Part shown: piece after piece, positions 38,721 through 46,129 of the stretch | Numbering within the stretch: the first letter of the stretch is position 1 | How the letters are laid out: every line of letters begins with the position of its first letter | Virus genome (UHGV): UHGV-0313764 | Length of the DNA: 46,129 nt | Source: a virus | Strand: one strand, 5' to 3' | The notes under the pieces: generated by a model | The model's input: only the letters and a program-made list of their open reading frames with translations | The model's database searches: none | Told to the model about the DNA's origin: nothing | Translations under genes and position numbers: made by a program

Positions 38721-39702
38721 GCTCTGGTTTTCCTCCGAGCTTTCTAATAATTTCTGCAGCAACGCACGGATCAACATTAAAAAATTCAGTCGCCCCATCG
38801 AAACCTGACAACCCAGCATTTAAGTCCTTTAGCTTCCTATGCGCAGCGCCTTCCGCTTTCCTTGCTTTGTAATAGCTTTCGAATGAGAACTGACACAACA
38901 AAGAGATAGAAAGACCTGATTTTTTAGTTAGTTGCTGAATCCTTAGCGGAACGTTATTTGATAAACCTATCTTTATCATTCCATCTGCTTCCAACAAATA
39001 AACCATAGTCTTTTTGAATGGGTTTCTTCCTGCGCATTTTGCACACCCGCGACCCTTGGCGTGATGGCCAGCAAACTGGCGAAAACTGCCATGAATAGGG
39101 CATATTATTTCAACCATGCTATTCATTCCACTAAAAACCACCTCATCATATAAATATTTCCCGCCATGGGCCTCTTTACATCTTGCTATGAAGGATTCTG
39201 TATCCATGCCACCTTTTCCACTGCAAACCCTGCACCCAATATTCCCTCTCAAGTGATCTCTTGCTATTTGCTGGAATTCACCATGTTTTTTGCACCTTAT
39301 GGTTATCATTGACAGCATTCCAGAGTATTTGGTTGGTGAATAATCATAAATATCATGGTTTTTACTGGGAATCATATCCATAAACTCATCATGACTGTAC
39401 CCGTTATGCATTCCCCTGCCGGGCCTGCACTTTCTGCATCCGTTGCAGCCGTTGAGGTGATCATTTGGCGTCTGTTTAAATAACACATCATGCTGAATAC
39501 ATCTAATGATTACTGGCGATTTCCTTTTGATGTATTTAGTTTCTGAATAGTCAAATTTATCGCCGTGAATTAACTTAGCGCGTGAAATGAAATCTTCTGT
39601 GGTAGGTCTTTTTGCCATCATTAACCCCGTAGCAGGCTCGTAGATTGAGGACTGCAGCAGGGTGTCTACGTTCACCTTTTCGCCTGGCCGGACTAGCTGC
39701 AC
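38716..39702 (-). CDS. T5orf172 (GIY-YIG-like) domain protein with three N-terminal Cys/His zinc-ribbon-like repeats; putative homing-type endonuclease
   Basis: Three repeats of about 55 aa each (...KYIKRKSPVIIRCIQHDVLFKQTPNDHLNGCNGCRKC; ...MITIRCKKHGEFQQIARDHLRGNIGCRVC; ...VEIICPIHGSFRQFAGHHAKGRGCAKC), plus a C-terminal MVYLLEADGMIKIGLSNN...L T5orf172-type module. Confidence 0.55.
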   Translation of the reverse strand: MQLVRPGEKVNVDTLLQSSIYEPATGLMMAKRPTTEDFISRAKLIHGDKFDYSETKYIKRKSPVIIRCIQHDVLFKQTPNDHLNGCNGCRKCRPGRGMHNGYSHDEFMDMIPSKNHDIYDYSPTKYSGMLSMITIRCKKHGEFQQIARDHLRGNIGCRVCSGKGGMDTESFIARCKEAHGGKYLYDEVVFSGMNSMVEIICPIHGSFRQFAGHHAKGRGCAKCAGRNPFKKTMVYLLEADGMIKIGLSNNVPLRIQQLTKKSGLSISLLCQFSFESYYKARKAEGAAHRKLKDLNAGLSGFDGATEFFNVDPCVAAEIIRKLGGKPEQ

Positions 39703-39713
39703 TTATGATTATA

Positions 39714-40670
39714 TCACTTCGCTTTGTGAGCTGAAAGCCACTTATCTCTTGCTGATACCATCCGGTCAAGAGAAGATTCAAGCATGATCACGTTACCATT
39801 TTCATCTAACAGGCATGGCGTTTGACCACAATGACACCGAAATCTATTTCCGTCCTTACTGTAAAACTCCTCCACCTGTTCTGGCGAGTACGCCTTAGAA
39901 TGTCTGATGGCGTGAGTTTGCCTGGTTGTTGGTAATAGCGCCGACACCCAAAATAGGGCACTATTTAGCCCTAAAGCAATCCTTGATTCCTGAATTTCGT
40001 CAGACTGCGACTTACGTAAAATGCCAGTAAGCTCGGTTTGGGCAATATTTTTTGCTCGCGATTCACTTACACCAACGCGCTTAATGATGTCTGATTCAAT
40101 ATCTCTCGGATTAGAACCAACAGCGATAGCATTCATGATCACCTGAGACAAATCATTACGTGCCGCGTCTCCAATTCCAACCCAATCGCTGTAAGTGGAG
40201 GCATTGGCAATAGACAGGCGCTGCAAATATGGCTCAGAGTAAATAATGTCTGCAATTGAACGGCGCTCAGCATAGAGTGGAGACATGGCCGCCAGTTGCT
40301 GTTGCGCCTCAACCGTACCAGCTGAATAGGCGTCAGAGACATAAATTGACATCCAGAACTGACCTGCATTCATCGGTTGTGTGTCGTCAAGCAGGATTTC
40401 ATCAATTAGCTGTTGCAATGCCTCATTAAATTGAGCTGCCCTAGCGGCTGAAAAATCATACCTGTAACCATAGGCATCAATGGAGTTAATCGCGGCAACT
40501 GGAATTGACCTGAATAAGTCTATGAGTGACGATTTAAGGCGCTTGTATCGCGCCTCAATCTGTTTGTTTGCCTTGCTTATTCTCCTGTTAGCGCCAACAG
40601 GGTCTGTTTTGCTGGTTGGTATCTTCGGGCCAACCAGTCTGGCGTTAACCTTAAAGATTTTGATTTTCAT
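39714..40670 (-). CDS. head morphogenesis protein (SPP1 gp7 / Mu F-like)
   Basis: Follows the portal gene. The C-terminal motif ...[19 protein letters not shown] is typical of the gp7 family. The internal start MKIKIF avoids overlap with the portal gene. Confidence 0.55.
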   Translation of the reverse strand: MKIKIFKVNARLVGPKIPTSKTDPVGANRRISKANKQIEARYKRLKSSLIDLFRSIPVAAINSIDAYGYRYDFSAARAAQFNEALQQLIDEILLDDTQPMNAGQFWMSIYVSDAYSAGTVEAQQQLAAMSPLYAERRSIADIIYSEPYLQRLSIANASTYSDWVGIGDAARNDLSQVIMNAIAVGSNPRDIESDIIKRVGVSESRAKNIAQTELTGILRKSQSDEIQESRIALGLNSALFWVSALLPTTRQTHAIRHSKAYSPEQVEEFYSKDGNRFRCHCGQTPCLLDENGNVIMLESSLDRMVSARDKWLSAHKAK

Positions 40671-42054
40671 CGTCAGGATTACCCTCTGTGACGATCTGAA
40701 TTTCTTCAATCGGCTCCATACCAACCATGCCGCGAGCCTCATCGACGGTCAGCAACGCAGATTGGCCAGCATCAAAGAACGACTTGTTCGCAGTGGCGAG
40801 CTTGGACAGTAATTCAGCCTTATCCAGTTCCGATGGTGCCAACAAATCATCCCACTTAACCTTGTAGCCATTTGTCGGGGCTTTATCGACAATGCCGAAC
40901 TGAATCATGCGCTCAACGAACATTGAGATGACATAGTCAACCCATGTTTCGCGACGTTGCTTAGCGGTCATCGCCTCCTGCATCTTGTCTTCGTCGCTCG
41001 CAAGGCGTCCGGTTTGCTGCCCGAAAATGACGGTGAACGGAAGCGCCATAGATGCGGCGAACTGGTTGGCTGCTACCTCCCATGTTGGTTTCGGGTCGGC
41101 TGGCGTTACAGCGAGAACCTTTGCGTCAGCGCCCATTGTGAACATAGCGGCGTCGATGCCTGAGTTTAGCGCCTCAATGTTCTCATTCATGATGTCGGTT
41201 AGCTCTTCGATATCGACACCCATTGATTGAGCCAGACTTGCTGGCGTTACGTTATCCTTCGTGTAGTTAACAGCCAGTTGGCGGCTTGCATTCTTCAGAA
41301 AGCCTTCCGCAGAACTACCGGAAACTTTAGCCATGTCGATGAGGCTGTTGTAACCAGCACGCAGCATTGGGATGCCGCTGAACATACTGCCATCGAAGCT
41401 ACCCTCAGCCAGAATGATGATGCGCTCTGGATGAATCTGCACGGAACGCTCAGGCTTGCCGTCGCTGTCGAAGTCTTCCACGGCGCTTTCCTGATATTCG
41501 TACATCTCAGGCATTCCGTAGTCTTCGCTGGTTTCGTCGTTATTCCACGCACTGACTTTGAGCTGCTCCTCCCATACCGGAATAAAGCGAACGATGGATT
41601 TATCTTTAATGCGGCGGGTTTTGGTGACGTCGACAGGCTCACTCCACTGGCGACCATCGCGGATTTGCAGGATAACAGCGGAATAGCGGTTGATGGCGTT
41701 GCGCTTGTCAGCCTCTTTGATGAATGGGTATGCGCGCTTCATCATGTCGTTGATGGACAGCTCCCACGGCGATGCGGCCTCATCATCAGCTCCATCTTCA
41801 ACCACTTCAGGGTATTTCTGCCAACATTTATTAATAATGCGATTAATACCGGCAGCGGCTGCTGGATGTCGCTCGTAGGCATAACGGAACATCTCGGCGG
41901 TGATTTCCTGTGGGTAGCCACACTCCTGCCAGAGGCGATCATGCTTCTGGTCAAGATTCTTCCCGCCAGCACAAAGCCGCTGTTGCTGAAGCGCCCGATT
42001 ATTGTTCGCCACGCGGTCGCGTATGTAGGCGTTTAGTGCATCAATTTTGGACAT
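40651..42054 (-). CDS. portal protein
   Basis: 467 aa, downstream of terminase and followed by the head morphogenesis gene. Size and position are typical. Confidence 0.65.
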   Translation of the reverse strand: MSKIDALNAYIRDRVANNNRALQQQRLCAGGKNLDQKHDRLWQECGYPQEITAEMFRYAYERHPAAAAGINRIINKCWQKYPEVVEDGADDEAASPWELSINDMMKRAYPFIKEADKRNAINRYSAVILQIRDGRQWSEPVDVTKTRRIKDKSIVRFIPVWEEQLKVSAWNNDETSEDYGMPEMYEYQESAVEDFDSDGKPERSVQIHPERIIILAEGSFDGSMFSGIPMLRAGYNSLIDMAKVSGSSAEGFLKNASRQLAVNYTKDNVTPASLAQSMGVDIEELTDIMNENIEALNSGIDAAMFTMGADAKVLAVTPADPKPTWEVAANQFAASMALPFTVIFGQQTGRLASDEDKMQEAMTAKQRRETWVDYVISMFVERMIQFGIVDKAPTNGYKVKWDDLLAPSELDKAELLSKLATANKSFFDAGQSALLTVDEARGMVGMEPIEEIQIVTEGNPDDENQNL

Positions 42055-42062
42055 ATGTCACC

Positions 42063-42092
42063 AATAAAAAATCCCTCACGATGGAGGGATTA
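42063..42092 (-). terminator. Rho-independent terminator just upstream of the portal start
   Basis: Hairpin ATCCCTC-acgatgg-AGGGAT. On the minus strand it is followed by a U-run (reverse complement of CCAATAAAAAA). Confidence 0.45.
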
Positions 42093-42111
42093 TAGCACGC
42101 GGTGACTGGTA

Positions 42112-42363
42112 TTATGACGACAGTCCAGCCAACCTAATCCATTTTCCAACTATGCATTCCGCAAAAGCCATAGCCTCACTTTCAGTTTTGTGTTTTGTAT
42201 TTGTGACCTCACCTCTCATGCCCGGAAGATGTACTTCACCCCTGTATTTATCACTAACTTCTCTTGATGCTAAGTTTCTCGACACTGTTGCAACATGCAA
42301 CTTGCCCAGAAATAATTTCATTATGTGCGGACCATATTTAGGCTCTACTTTTCTCCAGTCCAT
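42112..42363 (-). CDS. hypothetical protein
   Basis: ORF 42112..42411 with a likely internal start at MDWRKV. Confidence 0.3.
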   Translation of the reverse strand: MDWRKVEPKYGPHIMKLFLGKLHVATVSRNLASREVSDKYRGEVHLPGMRGEVTNTKHKTESEAMAFAECIVGKWIRLAGLSS

Positions 42364-42534
42364 CACCCCACTTCTATTTGAAATATTGATACAGCAAGCA
42401 TGGCGCAACACCAGTTACCAAAGCGAAAAATGAACCGATCATGAAGTGTAGCCTGGTTGGCTCACTCACTCCGGCAGCCATAGCCCACCAGAACATAAAG
42501 TTAAATGGAATCCAGAACGACCAGAATAGCGCCA

Positions 42535-42723
42535 TCACTCCACCTTTTCTAATTTATCAATGACGACATCACGCCCTTTGCTTTCGTGGCCTCCCACCTT
42601 ATCGCAATCAAGAAACATTTCAAATGCTCTTTCTGGGTCAGCCGCTACCACAACAGCACAGAGTTTAGTGACAATTTTTCTGCCATCAAGCACTTTAGCA
42701 TGAATAAAATAAACGCTCATCAC
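42535..42723 (-). CDS. hypothetical protein (62 aa)
   Basis: ORF between the terminase and portal genes. Confidence 0.3.
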   Translation of the reverse strand: MMSVYFIHAKVLDGRKIVTKLCAVVVAADPERAFEMFLDCDKVGGHESKGRDVVIDKLEKVE

Positions 42724-42774
42724 TCACCTCAACAAAGTTCACCATCAGTTACCATCAACAACTTCTGCCATAAT

Positions 42775-42978
42775 TTATTCCTGAACATGATTAATCCACC
42801 ATGCAGAAATGGCTGAAATAATCCACAAGCCTATAACAAGCCTGAAAACCTGCCAGTCTAGAATGCCATCAATACTTGGCACCTCCCATCTAATCAGCCA
42901 GACAAACGGGACAGCAATCACCAGTGCAATGGTGTACGTAATACCAATGGATAGAAAATCCCTTGCAAATTCTCTCAT
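42775..42978 (-). CDS. small membrane protein (2 TM)
   Basis: Two hydrophobic helices (ITYTIALVIAVPFVWLI; VIGLWIISAISAWWI). Confidence 0.35.
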   Translation of the reverse strand: MREFARDFLSIGITYTIALVIAVPFVWLIRWEVPSIDGILDWQVFRLVIGLWIISAISAWWINHVQE

Positions 42979-42980
42979 AA

Positions 42981-43187
42981 TCAGCCTCTCAAAAAATCAT
43001 TCTTGCAGCAGATACCCTTATACCCGCGCTTCTCTTGCAGGTTAACGAAAACATCATCAATAACGCGCAGCAGAAAATCCTCGTCAATATCATACCGACG
43101 ACAAATCACCTCATCAGGCACCCCAGCCCGCGCCAGTGAATAAACCTTCTCTTTTTCCTCCTGTGTGAATCCTGCATAGCTGCGCAT
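42981..43187 (-). CDS. hypothetical small protein, possibly HTH-containing
   Basis: 68-aa ORF. Segment LARAGVPDEVICRRYDID is HTH-like. A promoter lies upstream. Confidence 0.35.
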   Translation of the reverse strand: MRSYAGFTQEEKEKVYSLARAGVPDEVICRRYDIDEDFLLRVIDDVFVNLQEKRGYKGICCKNDFLRG

Positions 43188-43217
43188 AGTGATATCTCCG
43201 ATAATCCTGATGTAGAT

Positions 43218-43246
43218 ATACTATGCGCTCGGTGTAGATTGGTCAA
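43218..43246 (-). promoter_or_regulatory. sigma70-like promoter (TTGACC-17-TAGTAT) on the minus strand, divergent from the 43285 promoter
   Basis: Minus-strand read: TTGACC aatctacaccgagcgca TAGTAT. The GTAGAT / ATCTAC motif is present twice. Confidence 0.5.
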
Positions 43247-43284
43247 GTACGGTGATGCTAGTTTATCGACAACAATAATAAATG

Positions 43285-43313
43285 TTGACGTAGATATGGT
43301 GGTGACGTAGAAT
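43285..43313 (+). promoter_or_regulatory. sigma70-like promoter TTGACG-17-TAGAAT (promoter-family member)
   Basis: TTGACGTAGATATGGTGGTGACG TAGAAT. Confidence 0.6.
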
Positions 43314-43347
43314 CATCTTATCGAAAAGAGATTAAGGAACAAGAGGA

Positions 43348-43503
43348 ATGTTTGAGACTAAAAAAGAATGCGAAGCGTACATTGCCGAAACTTATGGTTC
43401 TGACTACGTTAAATTTGGCATCGTTACCGCCCAGAAAGTCGGCCCAACAATCGCCAAGATGCTTGGTATTAAAGAAGGTTACTACCCATCAAATGCCTAC
43501 TAA
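43348..43503 (+). CDS. hypothetical small protein (51 aa)
   Basis: ATG at 43348 with strong AAGGAACAAGAGGA RBS. Confidence 0.4.
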   Translation: MFETKKECEAYIAETYGSDYVKFGIVTAQKVGPTIAKMLGIKEGYYPSNAY

Positions 43504-43705
43504 TTACATGCCGAGATGCCTTCGTGAAATACCGAAGGCGAAAGTGAAGCCAAGAAATCAAGCGATAAAGGAGGCAAAGATCGAGGCTTTCAATATTGCT
43601 ATTTCGATAATAAAAGATAGATGTAGAGATGAGAAGTCTGAACGCGTTAAATCAAACATGTATGCAGCTGTGAGTGATATATCAAGATTGAGAGATGAGC
43701 TTTAA
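43493..43705 (+). CDS. hypothetical small basic protein (70 aa)
   Basis: ATG at 43493 overlaps the previous stop. Followed by a terminator. Confidence 0.3.
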   Translation: MPTNYMPRCLREIPKAKVKPRNQAIKEAKIEAFNIAISIIKDRCRDEKSERVKSNMYAAVSDISRLRDEL

Positions 43706-43732
43706 GCCCTCAAGCGAGGGCTTTATTTTTAT
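43704..43732 (+). terminator. Rho-independent terminator
   Basis: Hairpin AAGCCCTC-aagc-GAGGGCTT followed by TATTTTTAT. The TerL stop lies within the T-tract. Confidence 0.6.
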
Positions 43733-45153
43733 CTCCCGCGTCGGATTAGCATCCCGCTACCACGCTGAACGATATGATCATTGAGTGCGTAGCGAACAGC
43801 ATCCCAGTAGTGGTTATATGCATCAACAATATCGGTCAGCACATTCCCGGTCAGCTTATCAACCTTATAGCTGTACATTGCCGCTTCATTCTGCATTTCC
43901 TTGCATCGCTCGTGAATGACAATGCTGTCGCAGCCTCGCAGCCACGTTACGCCATCCTCAACGCTTCCTGGCCATTTCGTGCATGGGTGAATGTCAAATC
44001 CAGAGCGCTTGATGTGACTGATAGTTTCAGGGCGCGCACAGTCGGCATACCATCTTGCACGCTTAGCCATTGGGAATGATTGCTCCATCGCAGCTGGCGT
44101 GTCAGTAATCTCAAGCCCAACCTTGCCGTACTCGCGATTAATATAAATGTTGCGCCGTCCACCTGGCAATTCTTCGATATAAACCTCAACCATTGCGGTG
44201 GGGTCCGTACTGAAACCGAAGTCCATCCCGAAGTATGGGCCATGCCATTCAGATTTGACCTCAAAGTTATCGACACGCCACTTGCCCCCGAAGACCTGCT
44301 CGTCGCTGCGCTTGTTAAATTTGCCCTCATACACCCAAAGGTAGCGATCATAATCCACAGCTTTCATCTGGTTCATGTGCTGCTTAAGTTCTTCCGTGAA
44401 CCACGGGTTGTGGACGTAGTTAACATTAACAACAACGATGTCATCATCCTGATATATGCCGTCAACCATCTTGCCGATGTAAGGCTCAACAAAGTTGGTC
44501 CACGTCGGGTCCGTCTCTTTATTTGGGTTAAAAACAATAATAATTTCAGAACCAGAGGCGCGCACCGTTGGGATTAACGTATCCCATGAAATCTGGCTGA
44601 TATTCTCAGATTCTTCACAGAATACATCTGTAAGTCCAGCCATACCCTTGATGGCGGTTATATTTCTCCACAGACCACGGAAAACAAACTTTGATTTCGT
44701 TGTGTGGTGGGTTATCTCACCATCAACGCAACGATATTCCTGAGCGTGGCCTTTTCTGTTTATCTCATCAACCAGTTCGGCATAGCTTGATTCTTTGATT
44801 GAGTTCTGTATCTCACGGAAGCATCCGACGCGGCTGTTGCGGAATCTTGCCTTTTCTATAAGGTAAGAAACAACGTTAGCCGTCTTTCCGCTGCCCCTAC
44901 CCCCATAGAACACCTTGAAACGGCGAGGATAAAGCAGCAACTCCATTCGCTCAGGGATTAATATTGTTGGCTTCTCGTTTGTTTCTGACACGCCAGTGGC
45001 TGTCATTTTAAGGCACTTAACCACATTCGGTGTACCGTCAGGCAATAGCTTGTCGACAATACCGAAAACAGAAGACTCTGGTTTTGCAGTTGAATTTCCT
45101 ACTGCTTGCTCAAGTTTTTCTATCGCAACGCTTGAGAGTCTTTTACGCGCCAT
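43729..45153 (-). CDS. terminase large subunit
   Basis: 474 aa. Walker A GGRGSGKT. C-terminal acidic nuclease-like region. Position next to the TerS-like gene. Confidence 0.75.
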   Translation of the reverse strand: MARKRLSSVAIEKLEQAVGNSTAKPESSVFGIVDKLLPDGTPNVVKCLKMTATGVSETNEKPTILIPERMELLLYPRRFKVFYGGRGSGKTANVVSYLIEKARFRNSRVGCFREIQNSIKESSYAELVDEINRKGHAQEYRCVDGEITHHTTKSKFVFRGLWRNITAIKGMAGLTDVFCEESENISQISWDTLIPTVRASGSEIIIVFNPNKETDPTWTNFVEPYIGKMVDGIYQDDDIVVVNVNYVHNPWFTEELKQHMNQMKAVDYDRYLWVYEGKFNKRSDEQVFGGKWRVDNFEVKSEWHGPYFGMDFGFSTDPTAMVEVYIEELPGGRRNIYINREYGKVGLEITDTPAAMEQSFPMAKRARWYADCARPETISHIKRSGFDIHPCTKWPGSVEDGVTWLRGCDSIVIHERCKEMQNEAAMYSYKVDKLTGNVLTDIVDAYNHYWDAVRYALNDHIVQRGSGMLIRRGR

Positions 45154-45718
45154 GATTGCAAAATTCTCCCTGATGTTTCTCCCTGAACTGTCTTATTGCA
45201 CGATCAGCATCATCAATTGATGAAAACCTACCTATTTTGTGATACTTGCCAAATAACCAGCATTGGGCTATCCACTTTCCCCTTTGATTATCCCAGCTAA
45301 CTCCCTTAATTCCAGATGTGTTGTTTTTTTGCATCCTCTTGTTCCACTGATTCTGTGATGTTGTGGCCAGTCTTAAATTTTTAATCCTGTTATCGTTGCG
45401 AATGCCATTAATGTGGTCAACTTGTTCTTCAGGCCAAGTTCCATAGACGTAAAGCCATGCCAGTCTATGAGCAAGATAGATTCTTCCACTTATTCCTATT
45501 TCCACATACCCCTTCTTAGGTTTTATCCTGCCAGCAATACTTCCAGAATTTATTCTTCTGCTTGGCTTACTTAACCACGTGAAAACACCAGTGTCTGGAT
45601 TGTAATGCAGGAGGTGTTTAAGTCTCTCTTGAGTGATGGGTAACTCTTTTAATGATGGCATGATTGAATCCTCGGTTACAGGCGGTCTATTGGTTGGATG
45701 CGGCAGCCCGGAGACCAA
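45143..45718 (-). CDS. HNH endonuclease with AP2-type DNA-binding domain (homing-endonuclease-like), between TerS and TerL
   Basis: HNH region YLAHRLAW...VDHINGIRNDNRIKNLR. AP2-like region SGIKGVSWDNQRGKWIAQ...GKYHKIGRFSSIDDADRAIRQ. Confidence 0.65.
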   Translation of the reverse strand: MVSGLPHPTNRPPVTEDSIMPSLKELPITQERLKHLLHYNPDTGVFTWLSKPSRRINSGSIAGRIKPKKGYVEIGISGRIYLAHRLAWLYVYGTWPEEQVDHINGIRNDNRIKNLRLATTSQNQWNKRMQKNNTSGIKGVSWDNQRGKWIAQCWLFGKYHKIGRFSSIDDADRAIRQFREKHQGEFCNHGA

Positions 45719-45764
45719 TCCGGGCAGGGAGCTACCCTTTGCCGCATTAATTATTATAAATCAG

Positions 45765-46129
45765 TTACTGTTGCTGCTCCAGTAATTTCTCCAGTCGCTC
45801 AAGGCGCGCGGCGAGTTCGGTGATTTCCTGAATATCAAGGCCAGACTTGATAATATCAGCCATCATCTTGCCGATGTCAGCAGGTACAACACCAGTGGAT
45901 ACACCCTTTATGATCGCATCCATTTTCTGCACCGGAGTTCCGTCAGCCGGGAAATCAAATTCCACAGGAGGAGCTACGGGCTTGGGGATTGGATTGAGCC
46001 GCAGGAATATTTCCCGCAACATGCCGGTGGCCTGAGCATCTTCACATGTCATTGCCCTATTGATGTAGTACGTGACGAATTCAATCTCATTCATCGGCGT
46101 ATTTGCGGCACGCAACGCCTCAAGTAGCA
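45765..46129 (-). CDS. terminase small subunit (5'-partial; continues beyond the window edge)
   Basis: The ORF is open to the window end. The C-terminal helix ITELAARLERLEKLLEQQQ and its position upstream of the HNH-TerL pair fit a TerS assignment. Confidence 0.45.
   Translation of the reverse strand, partial: LLEALRAANTPMNEIEFVTYYINRAMTCEDAQATGMLREIFLRLNPIPKPVAPPVEFDFPADGTPVQKMDAIIKGVSTGVVPADIGKMMADIIKSGLDIQEITELAARLERLEKLLEQQQ

Noticed and set aside
41227-42036. 269-aa plus-strand ORF antisense to the portal gene
   Set aside because: Shadow ORF inside the portal gene.
44080-44577. 165-aa plus-strand ORF antisense to TerL
   Set aside because: Shadow ORF inside the terminase gene.

Overview
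This window looks like most of a siphovirus-type phage or prophage genome of Enterobacteria-like GC content. Two gene blocks face each other, and small islands of plus-strand accessory genes interrupt the structural block.

Plus strand, about 2.7-10.8 kb: a host-polymerase-dependent replication module.
- An AT-rich, iteron-bearing putative origin sits upstream.
- Genes in order: primase-polymerase, Cro/XRE-like regulator (divergent), Sak4-like ATPase, Gp157-like, SSB-like protein, SF2 helicase, VRR-NUC nuclease.

Minus strand, about 46.1-10.9 kb: a lambda/HK97-like morphogenesis module.
- Genes in order: TerS (partial at the window edge), HNH-AP2 endonuclease, TerL, portal, head morphogenesis protein, a lysis cassette, protease-scaffold, decoration protein, MCP, head-tail joining proteins, major tail protein, chaperone, 980-aa tape measure, M/L/K-like tail proteins, J-like tip, beta-helix tailspike.

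Interruptions of the structural block:
- A T5orf172 Zn-ribbon endonuclease-like gene.
- A lysis cassette containing an N-terminally truncated lysozyme ORF, a lambda-R-like transglycosylase, a 2-TM holin-like protein, Rz/Rz1 embedded spanins and a DUF1353 protein.
- Several promoter/terminator-bounded plus-strand accessory islands.

No tRNA, CRISPR array, integrase or DNA polymerase was recognised.

Most notable observations:
1. A promoter- and terminator-bounded, ORF-poor, stem-loop-rich transcript of about 0.74 kb lies between tail genes and is a candidate large ncRNA.
2. A 178-aa truncated homolog of the host beta sliding clamp (DnaN).
3. A phage SSB-like protein carries a tail nearly identical to the E. 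coli SSB C-terminal tip, and a second, ORF-less copy of that tail sits in frame after the VRR-NUC stop codon.
4. A family of at least eight promoters shares the extended motif TTGACGTAGAT...TGTAGATT.
5. A 15-nt conserved translation-initiation motif precedes three consecutive replication genes.
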